A DNA stretch of 64,000 nucleotides from Steroidobacteraceae bacterium (GTDB lineage Bacteria; Pseudomonadota; Gammaproteobacteria; Steroidobacterales; Steroidobacteraceae): positions 21,272 to 85,271 of the forward strand of contig DATKBY010000041.1 of the NCBI GenBank assembly GCA_035513555.1. The letters run 5' to 3'. Positions 1 to 11,159 of this stretch are shown here, in pieces. Under the pieces are notes generated by a model. The model was not told where the DNA came from. It saw only the letters and a list, made by a program, of their open reading frames with translations, and made no database searches. Position 1 is the stretch's first letter; each line of letters opens with the position of its first letter. Made by a program: the position numbers and the translations under genes.

Positions 1-588
1 CGTGAAGGCGAGCAGCAGGCCGGAGCCGAAGAATATGGCCATGACAACGAGCAGGCTGCCGTCGGCGATCAGGGTGGCTAGCCGGTCCTGTTCGGCGACC
101 ATGCCCGGCGCTTCCGTGCGCGCCGGCGTACCCGGCGGCGGCATTTCGATGGCGATGGTTTTCGTGACCGGCGGATAGCAGAGCCCGGCGTCCGCACAGC
201 CCTGGTAGCCGACCGTAATTTCGAGCGAAGACGCATCGGCCGGGCGGCTGACCGGCACTGTCGCGTTCAGCGTATCGTAGTAGACCTCGACATCGCCGAA
301 AAACTCGTCGGTCTTCTTCCTGCCATCCGGCATCGCGACGGCCCCAAGCTTGAAATCGGCGGTGGCGGTCTTCGCGCTGACGCGGTGGCGATAGAGGTAG
401 TACCCGGGCGCCACTTGCCAGTCGAGCGCGATCTGCTCGTCGCCGTCGGGCGTCGCCGTCAGCACGAATGCCTCGTCGACCGGCAGGAACTGGTCCTGGT
501 TACTGGCCGGGCCGAGCAGACCCTGCGCCGTGGCCCCTGCGGATACGGCCAGAAAGATCGCGCCCAGCACCGTGCGGAAGTGATTCAT
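1..588 (-). CDS. dsbD: thiol:disulfide interchange protein DsbD, N-terminal part (gene continues beyond the left edge)
   Basis: Reverse-strand ORF open at the window edge, so absent from the supplied track. ATG is the complement of 586-588. Translation MNHFRTVLGAIFLAVSAGATAQG...WQVAPGYYLYRHRV...VGYQGCADAGLCYPPVTK... shows a signal peptide plus the DsbD alpha-domain signatures (GYYLYR, YQGCADAGxCYPP). The first TM helix (LLVVMAIFFGSGLLLAFT) follows. Confidence 0.85.
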   Translation of the reverse strand, partial: MNHFRTVLGAIFLAVSAGATAQGLLGPASNQDQFLPVDEAFVLTATPDGDEQIALDWQVAPGYYLYRHRVSAKTATADFKLGAVAMPDGRKKTDEFFGDVEVYYDTLNATVPVSRPADASSLEITVGYQGCADAGLCYPPVTKTIAIEMPPPGTPARTEAPGMVAEQDRLATLIADGSLLVVMAIFFGSGLLLAFT

Positions 589-703
589 GGGGCCGAGAGG
601 TTAGCGGCCGGCCGGCAACTTGTCTCGGATTTGCGCCCGGTTTCATTAAAAGTCTTTGATATCAACAGGTTGAGATAAAACCTGCCCGGATGGCCCGTTG
701 AGC

Positions 704-731
704 TTGTATTTAAGATAGCCGGCCCTATCAT
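704..731 (+). promoter_or_regulatory. candidate sigma70-type promoter of groES-groEL (TTGTAT-N16-TATCAT)
   Basis: Pattern match only. The -35-like TTGTAT is at 704-709 and the -10-like TATCAT at 726-731. The -10 abuts the CIRCE operator, the usual arrangement for HrcA-repressed promoters. Confidence 0.3.
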
Positions 732-757
732 TAGCAGTCGCTCGTTGAGAGTGCTAA
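731..757 (+). promoter_or_regulatory. CIRCE inverted repeat (HrcA operator) upstream of groES
   Basis: TTAGCAGTC-N9-GAGTGCTAA compared with the consensus TTAGCACTC-N9-GAGTGCTAA has one mismatch. It ends 24 nt before the groES ATG. Confidence 0.85.
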
Positions 758-781
758 CAACATGATGAGGAGTGAAGACAC

Positions 782-2735
<1,954 letters not shown>

Positions 2736-2761
2736 GGCCGCAAGGCACTACGTACCGACAA

Positions 2762-2794
2762 GGCCCGGGAGGCGACTCCCGGGCCTTTTTTTTT
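2762..2794 (+). terminator. rho-independent terminator of groESL
   Basis: Perfect 10-bp GC-rich stem GGCCCGGGAG/CTCCCGGGCC with a 4-nt loop, followed by a run of 9 T. It starts 27 nt after the groEL stop. Confidence 0.9.
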
Positions 2795-2845
2795 CCTGTA
2801 GCATTTGCGGCATCCTGTGATCAGCCGCCGCGCCGGAGCCGTCTC

Positions 2846-3766
2846 ATGAGAATCGCTTTCCCGGTCGTCATATCCATGCTGCTTTGCAGCACCGTGCTCC
2901 ATGCGGAACCACCACCGGGCGAATCGCAGAAAGCGATCCTGGTGACCGGCGCCAGCACCGGCATTGGCCGCAAGATTACCGAACGGCTCGCCGCCGACGG
3001 TTACTTTGTCTATGCCGGTGCGCGCAAGGACAGTGACCTCGAGGAGCTCAACGCGATCGAGAATGTGCACGCGCTCCGGCTCGACGTCACGAAGCCCGAA
3101 GAAATCGCCGCAGCAGTCGAGGCCGTGACGGCGGCCGGGCGCGGACTCCACGGCCTCGTCAACAATGCGGGAGTCGCGATCACCGGTCCGTTCTCGGACA
3201 CGCGGGAGGAAGACTTCGATTTCGTCATGCAGGTGAACGTCTACGGCCCCTATCGCGTGACGAAGGCGTTCACGCCGCTGATCGTCGCCGGCAAAGGCCG
3301 GATCACGACCATCGGTTCGATATCCGGAATCCTGTCTGCGCGCGATCTCGGCGTCTACAGCATGAGCAAGCACGCGGTCGAGGCTTTCGCGGATTCGCTG
3401 GCGCTGCAGATGGAGCCGCAGGGCGTCAGGGTCAGCATCGTCGAGCCCGGCAACTACAATTCCGAGATCGGCAACTCCGCCGCCAGACGCTCCGGCGTAT
3501 CGCGCCTGACCGACCGTTCGCTGTACAAGTCGCCGGATGAAGTGGCGGAAGCGGTTAAGCTCGCGCTGTTCGAGCCCGAACCGAAGCGGCGGTATATGGT
3601 GGTTCCGAACGCGTACGAAGGCGAGATCACGATCAGGAAAGCCATCCAGGAACTCGTGGAGCTGAACGAGGGCCACGCGTATACCTACGGGCGCGATGCG
3701 CTCGTCCAGATGCTCGACGAGGCACTGGCAACGGCGCGGCCTGCGGTGCCGGCGGCACCGCTATGA
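2846..3766 (+). CDS. short-chain dehydrogenase/reductase (SDR) with hydrophobic N-terminal signal/anchor
   Basis: 306 aa with TGASTGIGR (TGxxxGIG), NNAG and YSMSK (YxxxK) motifs. The N-terminus MRIAFPVVISMLLCSTVLHA looks like a signal peptide. Confidence 0.85.
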   Translation: MRIAFPVVISMLLCSTVLHAEPPPGESQKAILVTGASTGIGRKITERLAADGYFVYAGARKDSDLEELNAIENVHALRLDVTKPEEIAAAVEAVTAAGRGLHGLVNNAGVAITGPFSDTREEDFDFVMQVNVYGPYRVTKAFTPLIVAGKGRITTIGSISGILSARDLGVYSMSKHAVEAFADSLALQMEPQGVRVSIVEPGNYNSEIGNSAARRSGVSRLTDRSLYKSPDEVAEAVKLALFEPEPKRRYMVVPNAYEGEITIRKAIQELVELNEGHAYTYGRDALVQMLDEALATARPAVPAAPL

Positions 3767-4987
3767 ACGGCCGCCGATCACGGTGGTGACGGCGACGTCG
3801 GCCGTCACATTGCCGATCGTGCGGAAAATGTCTGGAATCGTTTCGACCGCGATCAGCAGCGCGAGCAACTCGACGGGAATGCCCATGGCAAGGCAGATCG
3901 GCGCCATCAGCGCGAAGAACGTCACGGCACTTGCGATGCCGACGGCGGCGACCGACACGATCGCCGCGACGACGACGCCCGCGGCAAGCTGCCAGATCGA
4001 CAAATCGATGCCATGCAGACCGGCGATGTAGATTGCGACGGCTATGTTGCCGGCCGGGCTTGTGAAGCGGAACAGCGAAACCGCGAGCGGCAGCGTGATG
4101 CCGACGACCTGCGGCGGTTGCGCGAGCGGGCCGCGGGCCGCATCGATCATCGCCGGCAGTGAAGCCAGCGACGATTGCGTGCTGATCGCGACGCTTTGCG
4201 CCGGGATCATCGCGCGCGCGAAGGCGGCAAGGCGGATGCGTCCGCCAACCACGGCGAGCGGGTAAGCGAGCAGCGTGATCACGATCAGCGTCAACGAGAC
4301 GATTGCGACGTAGTGCCCGAACGCGCCGAGCGAATCGAATCCGGTCTGCGCCCCGACGACAAAGGCCAGTGCGAACACGCCGATCGGCGCGACCAGCAGC
4401 ACCCAGCCCACGATCACGAGCATGGCCTCCGCGATGGCCTCGAAGAACGTCCGCAGGCTGCCCTGCCGCGCAGGCTCGATGTGCGTGATCGCAAATCCGA
4501 AGATCAGCGCGAAAACGGCGAGCGCAAGCATCGCGCCGCCGGCCGCGGCCTCGATGACATTCGGCGCGATGAATGCCCGGATGAAATCGAACGGACCGGC
4601 CGCGGCCGCAGGGATCACGCCGGGCGGAGGTGTCGCCGCGACGAGGGCCGCTGCAGCCTGCTCGGGAATCGGCCACAGCGCCAGCAGAAAGGGCGTCACG
4701 AGCGCGCTGACCACGGCGCCGGCCGGCAACAGGATCGCAAACAGCAGGATGGAACGCCCGGTGACCCTGCCGGCGGCGGCCGCATGGGTCGTGGAAACGA
4801 TGCCGCTGACGATCAGCGCGAAAACGAGCGGCACGATCGTCATCTTGAGCGCATCGAGCCACAGGCCGCCGATAGCCTGGGCGCCTGCTATGGCCTGCGC
4901 CATGGCGGGCCAGCCGGCCCAGTCCCAGGCCGCGCCCAGCGCGAGGCCGGCCGCGAGTCCGGTCAGAATCTGCCATGCCCTGATCAT
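3761..4987 (-). CDS. dicarboxylate/amino acid:cation symporter (DAACS family)
   Basis: 408 aa, polytopic. Contains the STQSSLASLP and IPDIFRTIGNVTAD motifs typical of GltP/DctA-type carriers. Its stop overlaps the SDR stop by 6 nt (convergent). Confidence 0.85.
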   Translation of the reverse strand: MIRAWQILTGLAAGLALGAAWDWAGWPAMAQAIAGAQAIGGLWLDALKMTIVPLVFALIVSGIVSTTHAAAAGRVTGRSILLFAILLPAGAVVSALVTPFLLALWPIPEQAAAALVAATPPPGVIPAAAAGPFDFIRAFIAPNVIEAAAGGAMLALAVFALIFGFAITHIEPARQGSLRTFFEAIAEAMLVIVGWVLLVAPIGVFALAFVVGAQTGFDSLGAFGHYVAIVSLTLIVITLLAYPLAVVGGRIRLAAFARAMIPAQSVAISTQSSLASLPAMIDAARGPLAQPPQVVGITLPLAVSLFRFTSPAGNIAVAIYIAGLHGIDLSIWQLAAGVVVAAIVSVAAVGIASAVTFFALMAPICLAMGIPVELLALLIAVETIPDIFRTIGNVTADVAVTTVIGGRS

Positions 4988-5016
4988 GCGCCCTCCGTGC
5001 CCGCCATCGATCCTAC

Positions 5017-5022
5017 TAGAAT
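5017..5022 (+). promoter_or_regulatory. -10-like hexamer TAGAAT upstream of glnE
   Basis: AT-rich hexamer in the 53-nt divergent gap, 18 nt before the glnE GTG. No good -35 seen. Confidence 0.2.
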
Positions 5023-5040
5023 CGCGGTCTGGCTCGCGCT

Positions 5041-7848
5041 GTGGAACGGCTCAAGGGGAACTCCATCGGCCGGGAAATTCTTCGTTACAGCGGGTTCGTT
5101 GCCGATGCCTGCGCGCGCGATCCCGGATTGCTGGAGTCGCTGGCCGCGGGCGAACCCGCACGGCCGCGGCCGGCCGGCGCGATTCGCGAGCAGGCAAACG
5201 CGCTGCTCGCGGACGACCCGGACGAATCCCGGTTCATGGATGCACTGCGAAAGCTGCGCCGCCGCGAACTGGTCCGCATCGCCTGGCGGGATCTCGAAGG
5301 CCATGCGCCGCTGCCGGAAGTGCTGGAAGAGCTGTCGCAGCTGGCGGATGCGGCAATCACCACCGCGCTCGCCTTCGCGATACGCCTGCTCGAACCGCGA
5401 TATGGCGTGCCGCGCTCGCCATCCGGCGAGAGTCAGGAGCTCATCGTGCTCGGCATGGGCAAGCTGGGCGGACGCGAACTCAATTTTTCGTCGGACATCG
5501 ATCTCGTTTTCCTGTACCCGGAGAGTGGCGGGACCGACGGCCGCAAGGCCGTCGCGAACGAGGACTACTTCACGAGGCTCGGCCAGACGCTGATCCGGCT
5601 GCTCGACGCTCGCACTGCGGAGGGATTCGTTTACCGGGTGGACATGCGCCTGCGGCCATTCGGGGAGCCGGGGCCGCTCGTCACGAACTTTGCGGCACTC
5701 GAAGGCTATCTGCAGCAGCATGGCCGCGACTGGGAGCGCTACGCGTACGTGAAGGCGCGCGCCATCACCGCCGTCGCGCGCTATCGCGAACTCTATGATT
5801 CCGTCGTGCGGCCATTCGTGTATCGCCGCTACCTCGACTTCGGCGTGTACGAAAGCCTGCGCGGAATGAAGGCGATGATCGCGCGCGAAGTCGTGCGCCG
5901 CGACCTGCAGGACAACATCAAGCTCGGGCCGGGGGGCATCCGCGAGATCGAATTCATCGTGCAGGCCCAGCAGCTCATCCGCGGCGGCTCCGAGCCGCGG
6001 CTGCAGGAGCCGTCCCTGCTCGCCGTGCTGCCGCGGCTCGAAGGCGCCAAGCTGCTGCCTGGCGCGGCCGTCGCCGAGCTGCGCGACGCGTACGAATTCC
6101 TGCGGCGGGTCGAGAACCGCCTGCAGATGGCCGCCGACGAGCAGACGCATGCGCTGCCGGAGTCGGGCGAGGCGCGCGGCCGGCTGGCCGCTTCGATGGG
6201 ATTCGCGGACACGGAATCCTTCCTGCAGGCGCTCGCAGCGAAGCGCAGCAGGGTTACGACGTGGTTCGGCGATGCCGTGCTGGGACCGGGAGGCCGCGGC
6301 GACGTTGCTCCGGCTCCGGCACTGGATTCGCTATGGTCCACCGAACCCGCTTTCGAACGCCTTGCCCACGATGTCGGCAGGCTAGGCCTCGACGACGAGG
6401 ACGAGGCGGCGCGCATGCTGCTCGAGCTCCGGCAGTCCGGCTATTACCGCCGGCTGGATGAACACGGCCGGCGCCGCCTCGCGACGCTGCTTCCCCGGCT
6501 GATCGCCGCGATCGCGGAGACCGCCGGCGGCGGGCGCGGTGCCGGGCAGGCGGTGCTCGCCCGGCTGCTGCGGATCGTCGAGACGATCGGCGGACGCACC
6601 GCTTACCTCGCGCTGCTGAACGAGAATCCGGCAGCTCTCGCGCGCCTGGTCCGGATCTGCGGCATGGGCGAGTACCTTGCCCGCCAGGTCGCGGCGCATC
6701 CGCTCCTGCTCGACGAGCTGCTCGATCCGCGCGTATTCGAGACGCTGCCGGATCGCGGCCAGTTCGAGCGCGAGCTCGCCGCACGGCTCGGGCACGCCGG
6801 CGAAGACGCGGAACTCCAGGTGGATGCGCTCAGGCATTTCCGGCGCGCGTCGATGTTTCGCATAGCGACGCTCGACCTGACCGGTCGGCTGCCGCTGATG
6901 CAGGTCAGCGACCGTTTGACGGACGTCGCGGAACTGATCGTCGAGCAGGCATTGGCGCTCGCCTGGCGGCAGACGGCCGTGCTGTATGGCGAGCCGCGCT
7001 GCGCGGGCGCAGCGGGCACGCGCATCGTGCGTGTCGCGATCGCGGGTTACGGAAAGCTCGGCGGCATGGAGCTCGGCTACGGCTCGGACCTGGACCTCGT
7101 TTTCCTGCAGGACTCGGAGGGGGAAACGCAGCAGACCACAGGCCCGAAAGTCGTGGACAACGAACTGTTCTTCCTGCGCCTGGCGCAGCGGCTCGTGCAT
7201 CTGCTGACCGTGCATACGCCCGCCGGACGCCTCTACGAGGTGGACGTGCGGCTGCGGCCGTCCGGCAAGGGCGGACTGGCCTTCACGCCGATGCGCGCCT
7301 TCGAGGAATACCAGCGGAACGAAGCATGGACCTGGGAGCATCAGGCGCTCCTGCATTCGCGCTGGGTCGCGGGCGACGCCACCGTCGGCGCCGGGTTCGA
7401 ACGGGTGCGGCGCGAGGTGCTGATATCTTCGGTCCGACTCGAGACGCTGCGCGGCGACATCGTCGCCATGCGCGAGCGCATGCGCGCGGAACACGCGCGC
7501 CCGCACCACGGCAGCTTCGACCTCAAGCAGGATCGCGGCGGCATCGCCGATATCGAATTTCTTGCGCAGTACTGGGTACTGCGCCATGTACGCGAGCATC
7601 CGCCGCTGGCCGAGTTCGCGGACACGATCCGCCACCTGGAGTCAGTAGGCTCCGCGGCGCTGGTCGATCACCGGGTCATCGACCGCCTGGTGGACGCCTA
7701 CCGCCGGTATCGCGAGGCCGCGCACCACCTGTCGCTCGAGCAGCGCCCGACGGTGGTCGACGAAGGACCCTTTGCCCGGCTGCGGGCGGATGTCTCGGGT
7801 GTCTGGGAACGGGTCATGGTCGCGGGAGCCGACCCGGCGCCGTTATAA
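5041..7848 (+). CDS. glnE: bifunctional glutamine synthetase adenylyltransferase/adenylyl-removing enzyme
   Basis: 935 aa with two nucleotidyltransferase cores (GKLGGRELNFSSDIDLVF and GKLGGMELGYGSDLDLVF). GTG is the first start after an in-frame TAG at 5017. Confidence 0.95.
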   Translation: MERLKGNSIGREILRYSGFVADACARDPGLLESLAAGEPARPRPAGAIREQANALLADDPDESRFMDALRKLRRRELVRIAWRDLEGHAPLPEVLEELSQLADAAITTALAFAIRLLEPRYGVPRSPSGESQELIVLGMGKLGGRELNFSSDIDLVFLYPESGGTDGRKAVANEDYFTRLGQTLIRLLDARTAEGFVYRVDMRLRPFGEPGPLVTNFAALEGYLQQHGRDWERYAYVKARAITAVARYRELYDSVVRPFVYRRYLDFGVYESLRGMKAMIAREVVRRDLQDNIKLGPGGIREIEFIVQAQQLIRGGSEPRLQEPSLLAVLPRLEGAKLLPGAAVAELRDAYEFLRRVENRLQMAADEQTHALPESGEARGRLAASMGFADTESFLQALAAKRSRVTTWFGDAVLGPGGRGDVAPAPALDSLWSTEPAFERLAHDVGRLGLDDEDEAARMLLELRQSGYYRRLDEHGRRRLATLLPRLIAAIAETAGGGRGAGQAVLARLLRIVETIGGRTAYLALLNENPAALARLVRICGMGEYLARQVAAHPLLLDELLDPRVFETLPDRGQFERELAARLGHAGEDAELQVDALRHFRRASMFRIATLDLTGRLPLMQVSDRLTDVAELIVEQALALAWRQTAVLYGEPRCAGAAGTRIVRVAIAGYGKLGGMELGYGSDLDLVFLQDSEGETQQTTGPKVVDNELFFLRLAQRLVHLLTVHTPAGRLYEVDVRLRPSGKGGLAFTPMRAFEEYQRNEAWTWEHQALLHSRWVAGDATVGAGFERVRREVLISSVRLETLRGDIVAMRERMRAEHARPHHGSFDLKQDRGGIADIEFLAQYWVLRHVREHPPLAEFADTIRHLESVGSAALVDHRVIDRLVDAYRRYREAAHHLSLEQRPTVVDEGPFARLRADVSGVWERVMVAGADPAPL

Positions 7849-7855
7849 TCCAGCG

Positions 7856-8032
7856 GTGATCCAGCCGAACGCAAAGAACCGCTACGAGGTCACGACCGCC
7901 GACCTGCCGCTTGCCTGCCCGATGCCCGGGATGACGCTGTGGAACAGCCATCCGCGCGTCTACCTGCCGATCGAGCAGACGGGCACGGCCCGTTGCCCGT
8001 ACTGCAGCGCCGAGTTCGTGCTGAAGCGCTGA
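7856..8032 (+). CDS. small zinc-finger (zf-CHCC-type) protein
   Basis: The track ORF 7772-8032 overlaps glnE, so I prefer the in-frame GTG at 7856. This gives 58 aa, ...LACPMPGMTLWNSHPRVYLPIEQTGTARCPYCSAEFVLKR, with a C..H..CxxC zinc-ribbon pattern. Confidence 0.7.
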   Translation: MIQPNAKNRYEVTTADLPLACPMPGMTLWNSHPRVYLPIEQTGTARCPYCSAEFVLKR

Positions 8033-8038
8033 CCGGCG

Positions 8039-8737
8039 ATGTTCCAGCGGCTCGAAATCGACCGCGGCGCGATCCTGTTTGATCCCGAACTCGTCGACAC
8101 GGCCGGGCCGCAGCTCTTCGACCGTGCGTACTGGCGCGCCGGGGGCGCGCTGACCGAACGCGCCGGCGGGCGTGGCTCCATTCATTTCATCGACGATGGC
8201 CGCCGCCACTGGGCCTTGCGCCGCTATCTGCGCGGCGGCGTCCCGGCGCTCTTTTCGCGCGAGCGCTACCTGTATTGCGGCGAGGAGCGCACGCGTTCGT
8301 TCCGGGAATTGCGGTTGCTGCACTCATTGCGGTCCCGGGGCCTGCCGGTGCCGGTGCCGGTCGCCGCCATGTACCGGCGCGCATTCCTGAGCTACGTCGC
8401 GGAGCTGATCACGGAACGCATCGTCGGCGCCCGTTCGCTGGCGGAACTGCTGGCGGCGGGCGCGATGGACGATGCGCGCTGGGCGGCGATCGGCCGCTGT
8501 CTGCGTCGTTTCCACGACATGGGCGTGCATCATGCGGACCTGAATGCGCAGAACATCCTGCTCGATCCAGAGGGTAAGGTCTGGGTGCTCGACTTCGACC
8601 GGGGGCGCGAACGTGCGCCCGGCGCCTGGCGCGAGCGGGCGCTCGCGCGGCTCGCGCGCAGCCTCGCGAAGATCGGCGTCGCCCGTGCCGAGTGGCAGGG
8701 CGGATTCGCGCTGTTGCGCATCGCGCACGACGGCTGA
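8039..8737 (+). CDS. kdkA: 3-deoxy-D-manno-octulosonic acid (Kdo) kinase
   Basis: 232 aa with a kinase catalytic loop HHADLNAQNILLD. It sits directly upstream of waaA. Confidence 0.85.
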   Translation: MFQRLEIDRGAILFDPELVDTAGPQLFDRAYWRAGGALTERAGGRGSIHFIDDGRRHWALRRYLRGGVPALFSRERYLYCGEERTRSFRELRLLHSLRSRGLPVPVPVAAMYRRAFLSYVAELITERIVGARSLAELLAAGAMDDARWAAIGRCLRRFHDMGVHHADLNAQNILLDPEGKVWVLDFDRGRERAPGAWRERALARLARSLAKIGVARAEWQGGFALLRIAHDG

Positions 8738-8743
8738 CTGCCG

Positions 8744-10003
8744 ATGCGCTTTCTCTACGACGTACTGATCTATTTCGCTGCGCCGGTTGCGCTCCTGCTG
8801 CAGGTATGGCGCGGAATACGGGATCCCAGCTACCGCGAAGGGCTCGGCGAGCGTTTCGGGTTCGGCGCGCCGCTCGACGGCCAAACCATCTGGATCCATG
8901 CGGTTTCGGTCGGCGAAGTGCAGGCGGCCGAACCGCTCGTACGGCAGCTCATGAAGCGTCATCCCGGCCACCGGCTCGTGCTGACGACCGTGACGCCGAC
9001 CGGGCGCGCCCGCGCGCGCCAGCTTTTCGGCGACAGCGCGACGCTTCGGTACGTGCCATTCGACCTGCCCGGTTCGGTCGGGCGCTTCTTCGACCGGGTG
9101 CGGCCGCGGCTCGCGATCATCCTCGAAACCGAGTTGTGGCCGAATCTTTATGCCGAATGCGGCCGCCGCAGCGTGCCGCTGGTGCTCGCAAGCGCACGCA
9201 TGTCGCCCCGCTCCATCGGCTGGTACCGGCGCCTCGTGCCGCTGTTCCGCCAGGCACTCTCCCATGGCATCGTCATCGCGGCCCAGAGCTCGGCGGATGC
9301 CGAGCGGTTCCGTTTGATCGGCGCGCCGGCTGAGCGTACCCATGTTACCGGCAACATCAAGTTCGATTTCGAACCGCCACACGACGCCGAGTTGCGGGGA
9401 CGGCGCTGGCGCGAGCTGAACGCGCCGGCCCGGATGGTCTGGGTGGCCGGCAGCACGCACGAAGGCGAGGAACAGCTCGTGCTCGACGCGCACCAGCAGG
9501 TGCGGCGGCATTTTGCCGATGCGTTGCTGGTGCTGGTGCCGCGTCATCCGAACCGCTTCGATTCGGTGCGTGATCTGCTGACCAGACGCGGCGAGCGGGC
9601 GGCGTACCGCTCGTCCGGCGGGCTGGTCGCGCCGTCGGATACCGTGATGCTGGGCGACACGATGGGCGAGCTGATGATGTTCTACGCCGGCGCCGACGTC
9701 GCATTCGTCGCTGGAAGCCTGGTGCCGATCGGCGGCCACAACCTGCTGGAGCCCGCGTCGTTCGGCCTGCCCACACTGGCCGGCCCGCACAATTTCAACA
9801 GCGAAGAGGTCGCGCAGCTGCTGCTCGAAGCGGGCGCGGCGCACATCGTCACCAATGCCGTGCAACTGGCGCACGAAGTCACGGGCCTGTTTGACGACGT
9901 GAGCCGGCGCGCCGCCATGGGCGCCGCCGGCAAGGCGGTGCTGGATGCGAATCGGGGTGCCCTCGACCGCCTGCTGGCGCTGATCGAGCCGCTGGTCCGG
10001 TAG
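8744..10003 (+). CDS. waaA: lipid IV(A) Kdo transferase
   Basis: 419 aa with an N-terminal anchor and the IWIHAVSVGE motif characteristic of KdtA/WaaA. Confidence 0.92.
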   Translation: MRFLYDVLIYFAAPVALLLQVWRGIRDPSYREGLGERFGFGAPLDGQTIWIHAVSVGEVQAAEPLVRQLMKRHPGHRLVLTTVTPTGRARARQLFGDSATLRYVPFDLPGSVGRFFDRVRPRLAIILETELWPNLYAECGRRSVPLVLASARMSPRSIGWYRRLVPLFRQALSHGIVIAAQSSADAERFRLIGAPAERTHVTGNIKFDFEPPHDAELRGRRWRELNAPARMVWVAGSTHEGEEQLVLDAHQQVRRHFADALLVLVPRHPNRFDSVRDLLTRRGERAAYRSSGGLVAPSDTVMLGDTMGELMMFYAGADVAFVAGSLVPIGGHNLLEPASFGLPTLAGPHNFNSEEVAQLLLEAGAAHIVTNAVQLAHEVTGLFDDVSRRAAMGAAGKAVLDANRGALDRLLALIEPLVR

Positions 10004-10004
10004 A

Positions 10005-11159
10005 ATGAGCGCCGTGCGACTGCCTTATCCGTACACCGCCGCCGGACTGCAGGCACTCGCCGATCGCTTTGGCTCACCGCTGCTCGTCATCGACTGCGAC
10101 ATCATCCGCAGGCAGTACCATGCGCTCGCCGCCGCGCTGCCGGGTGTCGACCTGCACTACGCCCTGAAGCCGCTGCCCGACGCGACGGTCGTGCGGGTGC
10201 TCGCCGACGAAGGCGCGTGGTTCGACATTGCGACCAACGGCGAGATCGATCTCGTACGCGAGGCCGGCATCGCGGCCTCCCGCTGCATCCACACGCATCC
10301 GATCAAGCGCGATTCGGACATCCGCCATGCCCTCGATTTCGGCATCATGACATTCGTCGTCGACAATCCGGACGAAGTCGTCAAATTCGAGCGTTACCGT
10401 GACCGCATACGGCTTCTGGTGCGGATCGCATTCCGCAGTCCGGAGGCGATCGTCGACCTGTCGCGCAAGTTCGGCTGCGATGCGGACGCCGCGCTCGACC
10501 TCGTGGGCCGCGCAGCCGCCGCGCGTATCCGGGTTTCGGGATTCTCGTTTCATGTCGGTTCCCAGGTTGCGCGGCCGGACATGTATGTGCAGGCGATTGA
10601 AACCTGCGCCGGCCTGATCACGGAGTCGAAGCGGCTCGGCCTCGGCCCGATCGAGGTCCTGGATATCGGCGGCGGATTTCCGATCGATTATCTGGAACCG
10701 GCGCCCGCAATCAGCGGGTTCTGCGCGCCGATCCGCGCAGCGCTTGCAAAGCTGCCTGAAGGGCTCCGAATCATCTCCGAACCGGGGCGATTCATCTGCG
10801 GTCCGGCGGGCGTCGGCCTGTCGACGGTCATCGGGCGGGCGCACCGCGACGGACGCTGGTGGTACTACCTCGACGACGGACTGTACGGCACGTTCAGCGG
10901 CCAGCTTTACGACCATTCCCGGTTTCCGGTCGAGCCTGTGCATCCGCACGACGGCCCGCGTCTTGCCTGCGTGCTAGCGGGCCCGACCTGCGACAGCATC
11001 GATGTCGTTGCGGAAGACCTGCCGATGCCGGAGCTCGCGGTCGGCGAGCTGCTCGTCGCGCGCCAGATCGGGGCCTATACGATCGCGACGGCGACCGACT
11101 TCAATTTCTTTCCGCGCGCGCGGGTGGTGCAGGTCAATGTCGCGCCGAGTGACGGCTGA
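10005..11159 (+). CDS. PLP-dependent group IV (alanine-racemase fold) decarboxylase, ornithine/lysine decarboxylase-like
   Basis: 384 aa with HYALKPL (PLP Lys), FSFHVGSQ, DIGGGFP, SEPGRF and GPTCDSIDVV. The last motif resembles ODC (GPTCDGLD) rather than the CESGD of LysA. Substrate not determinable from sequence. Confidence 0.8.
   Translation: MSAVRLPYPYTAAGLQALADRFGSPLLVIDCDIIRRQYHALAAALPGVDLHYALKPLPDATVVRVLADEGAWFDIATNGEIDLVREAGIAASRCIHTHPIKRDSDIRHALDFGIMTFVVDNPDEVVKFERYRDRIRLLVRIAFRSPEAIVDLSRKFGCDADAALDLVGRAAAARIRVSGFSFHVGSQVARPDMYVQAIETCAGLITESKRLGLGPIEVLDIGGGFPIDYLEPAPAISGFCAPIRAALAKLPEGLRIISEPGRFICGPAGVGLSTVIGRAHRDGRWWYYLDDGLYGTFSGQLYDHSRFPVEPVHPHDGPRLACVLAGPTCDSIDVVAEDLPMPELAVGELLVARQIGAYTIATATDFNFFPRARVVQVNVAPSDG

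Noticed and set aside
694-730. Possible sigma32 heat-shock promoter upstream of groES (TTGAG ... CCCTATCA)
   Set aside because: The spacing between the -35-like TTGAG (698) and the CCCTAT (723) is about 20 nt, against 13-15 expected. A sigma70-like promoter plus CIRCE fits better.
3633-4976. 447-aa minus-strand ORF in another frame of the symporter gene
   Set aside because: It is an alternative frame of the DAACS transporter and is extremely Arg/Gly/Ala/Pro-rich. The 3761-4987 frame carries the transporter motifs.
8324-9874. 516-aa ORF antisense to waaA/kdkA
   Set aside because: Antisense GC artefact. waaA and kdkA are recognisable on the plus strand.
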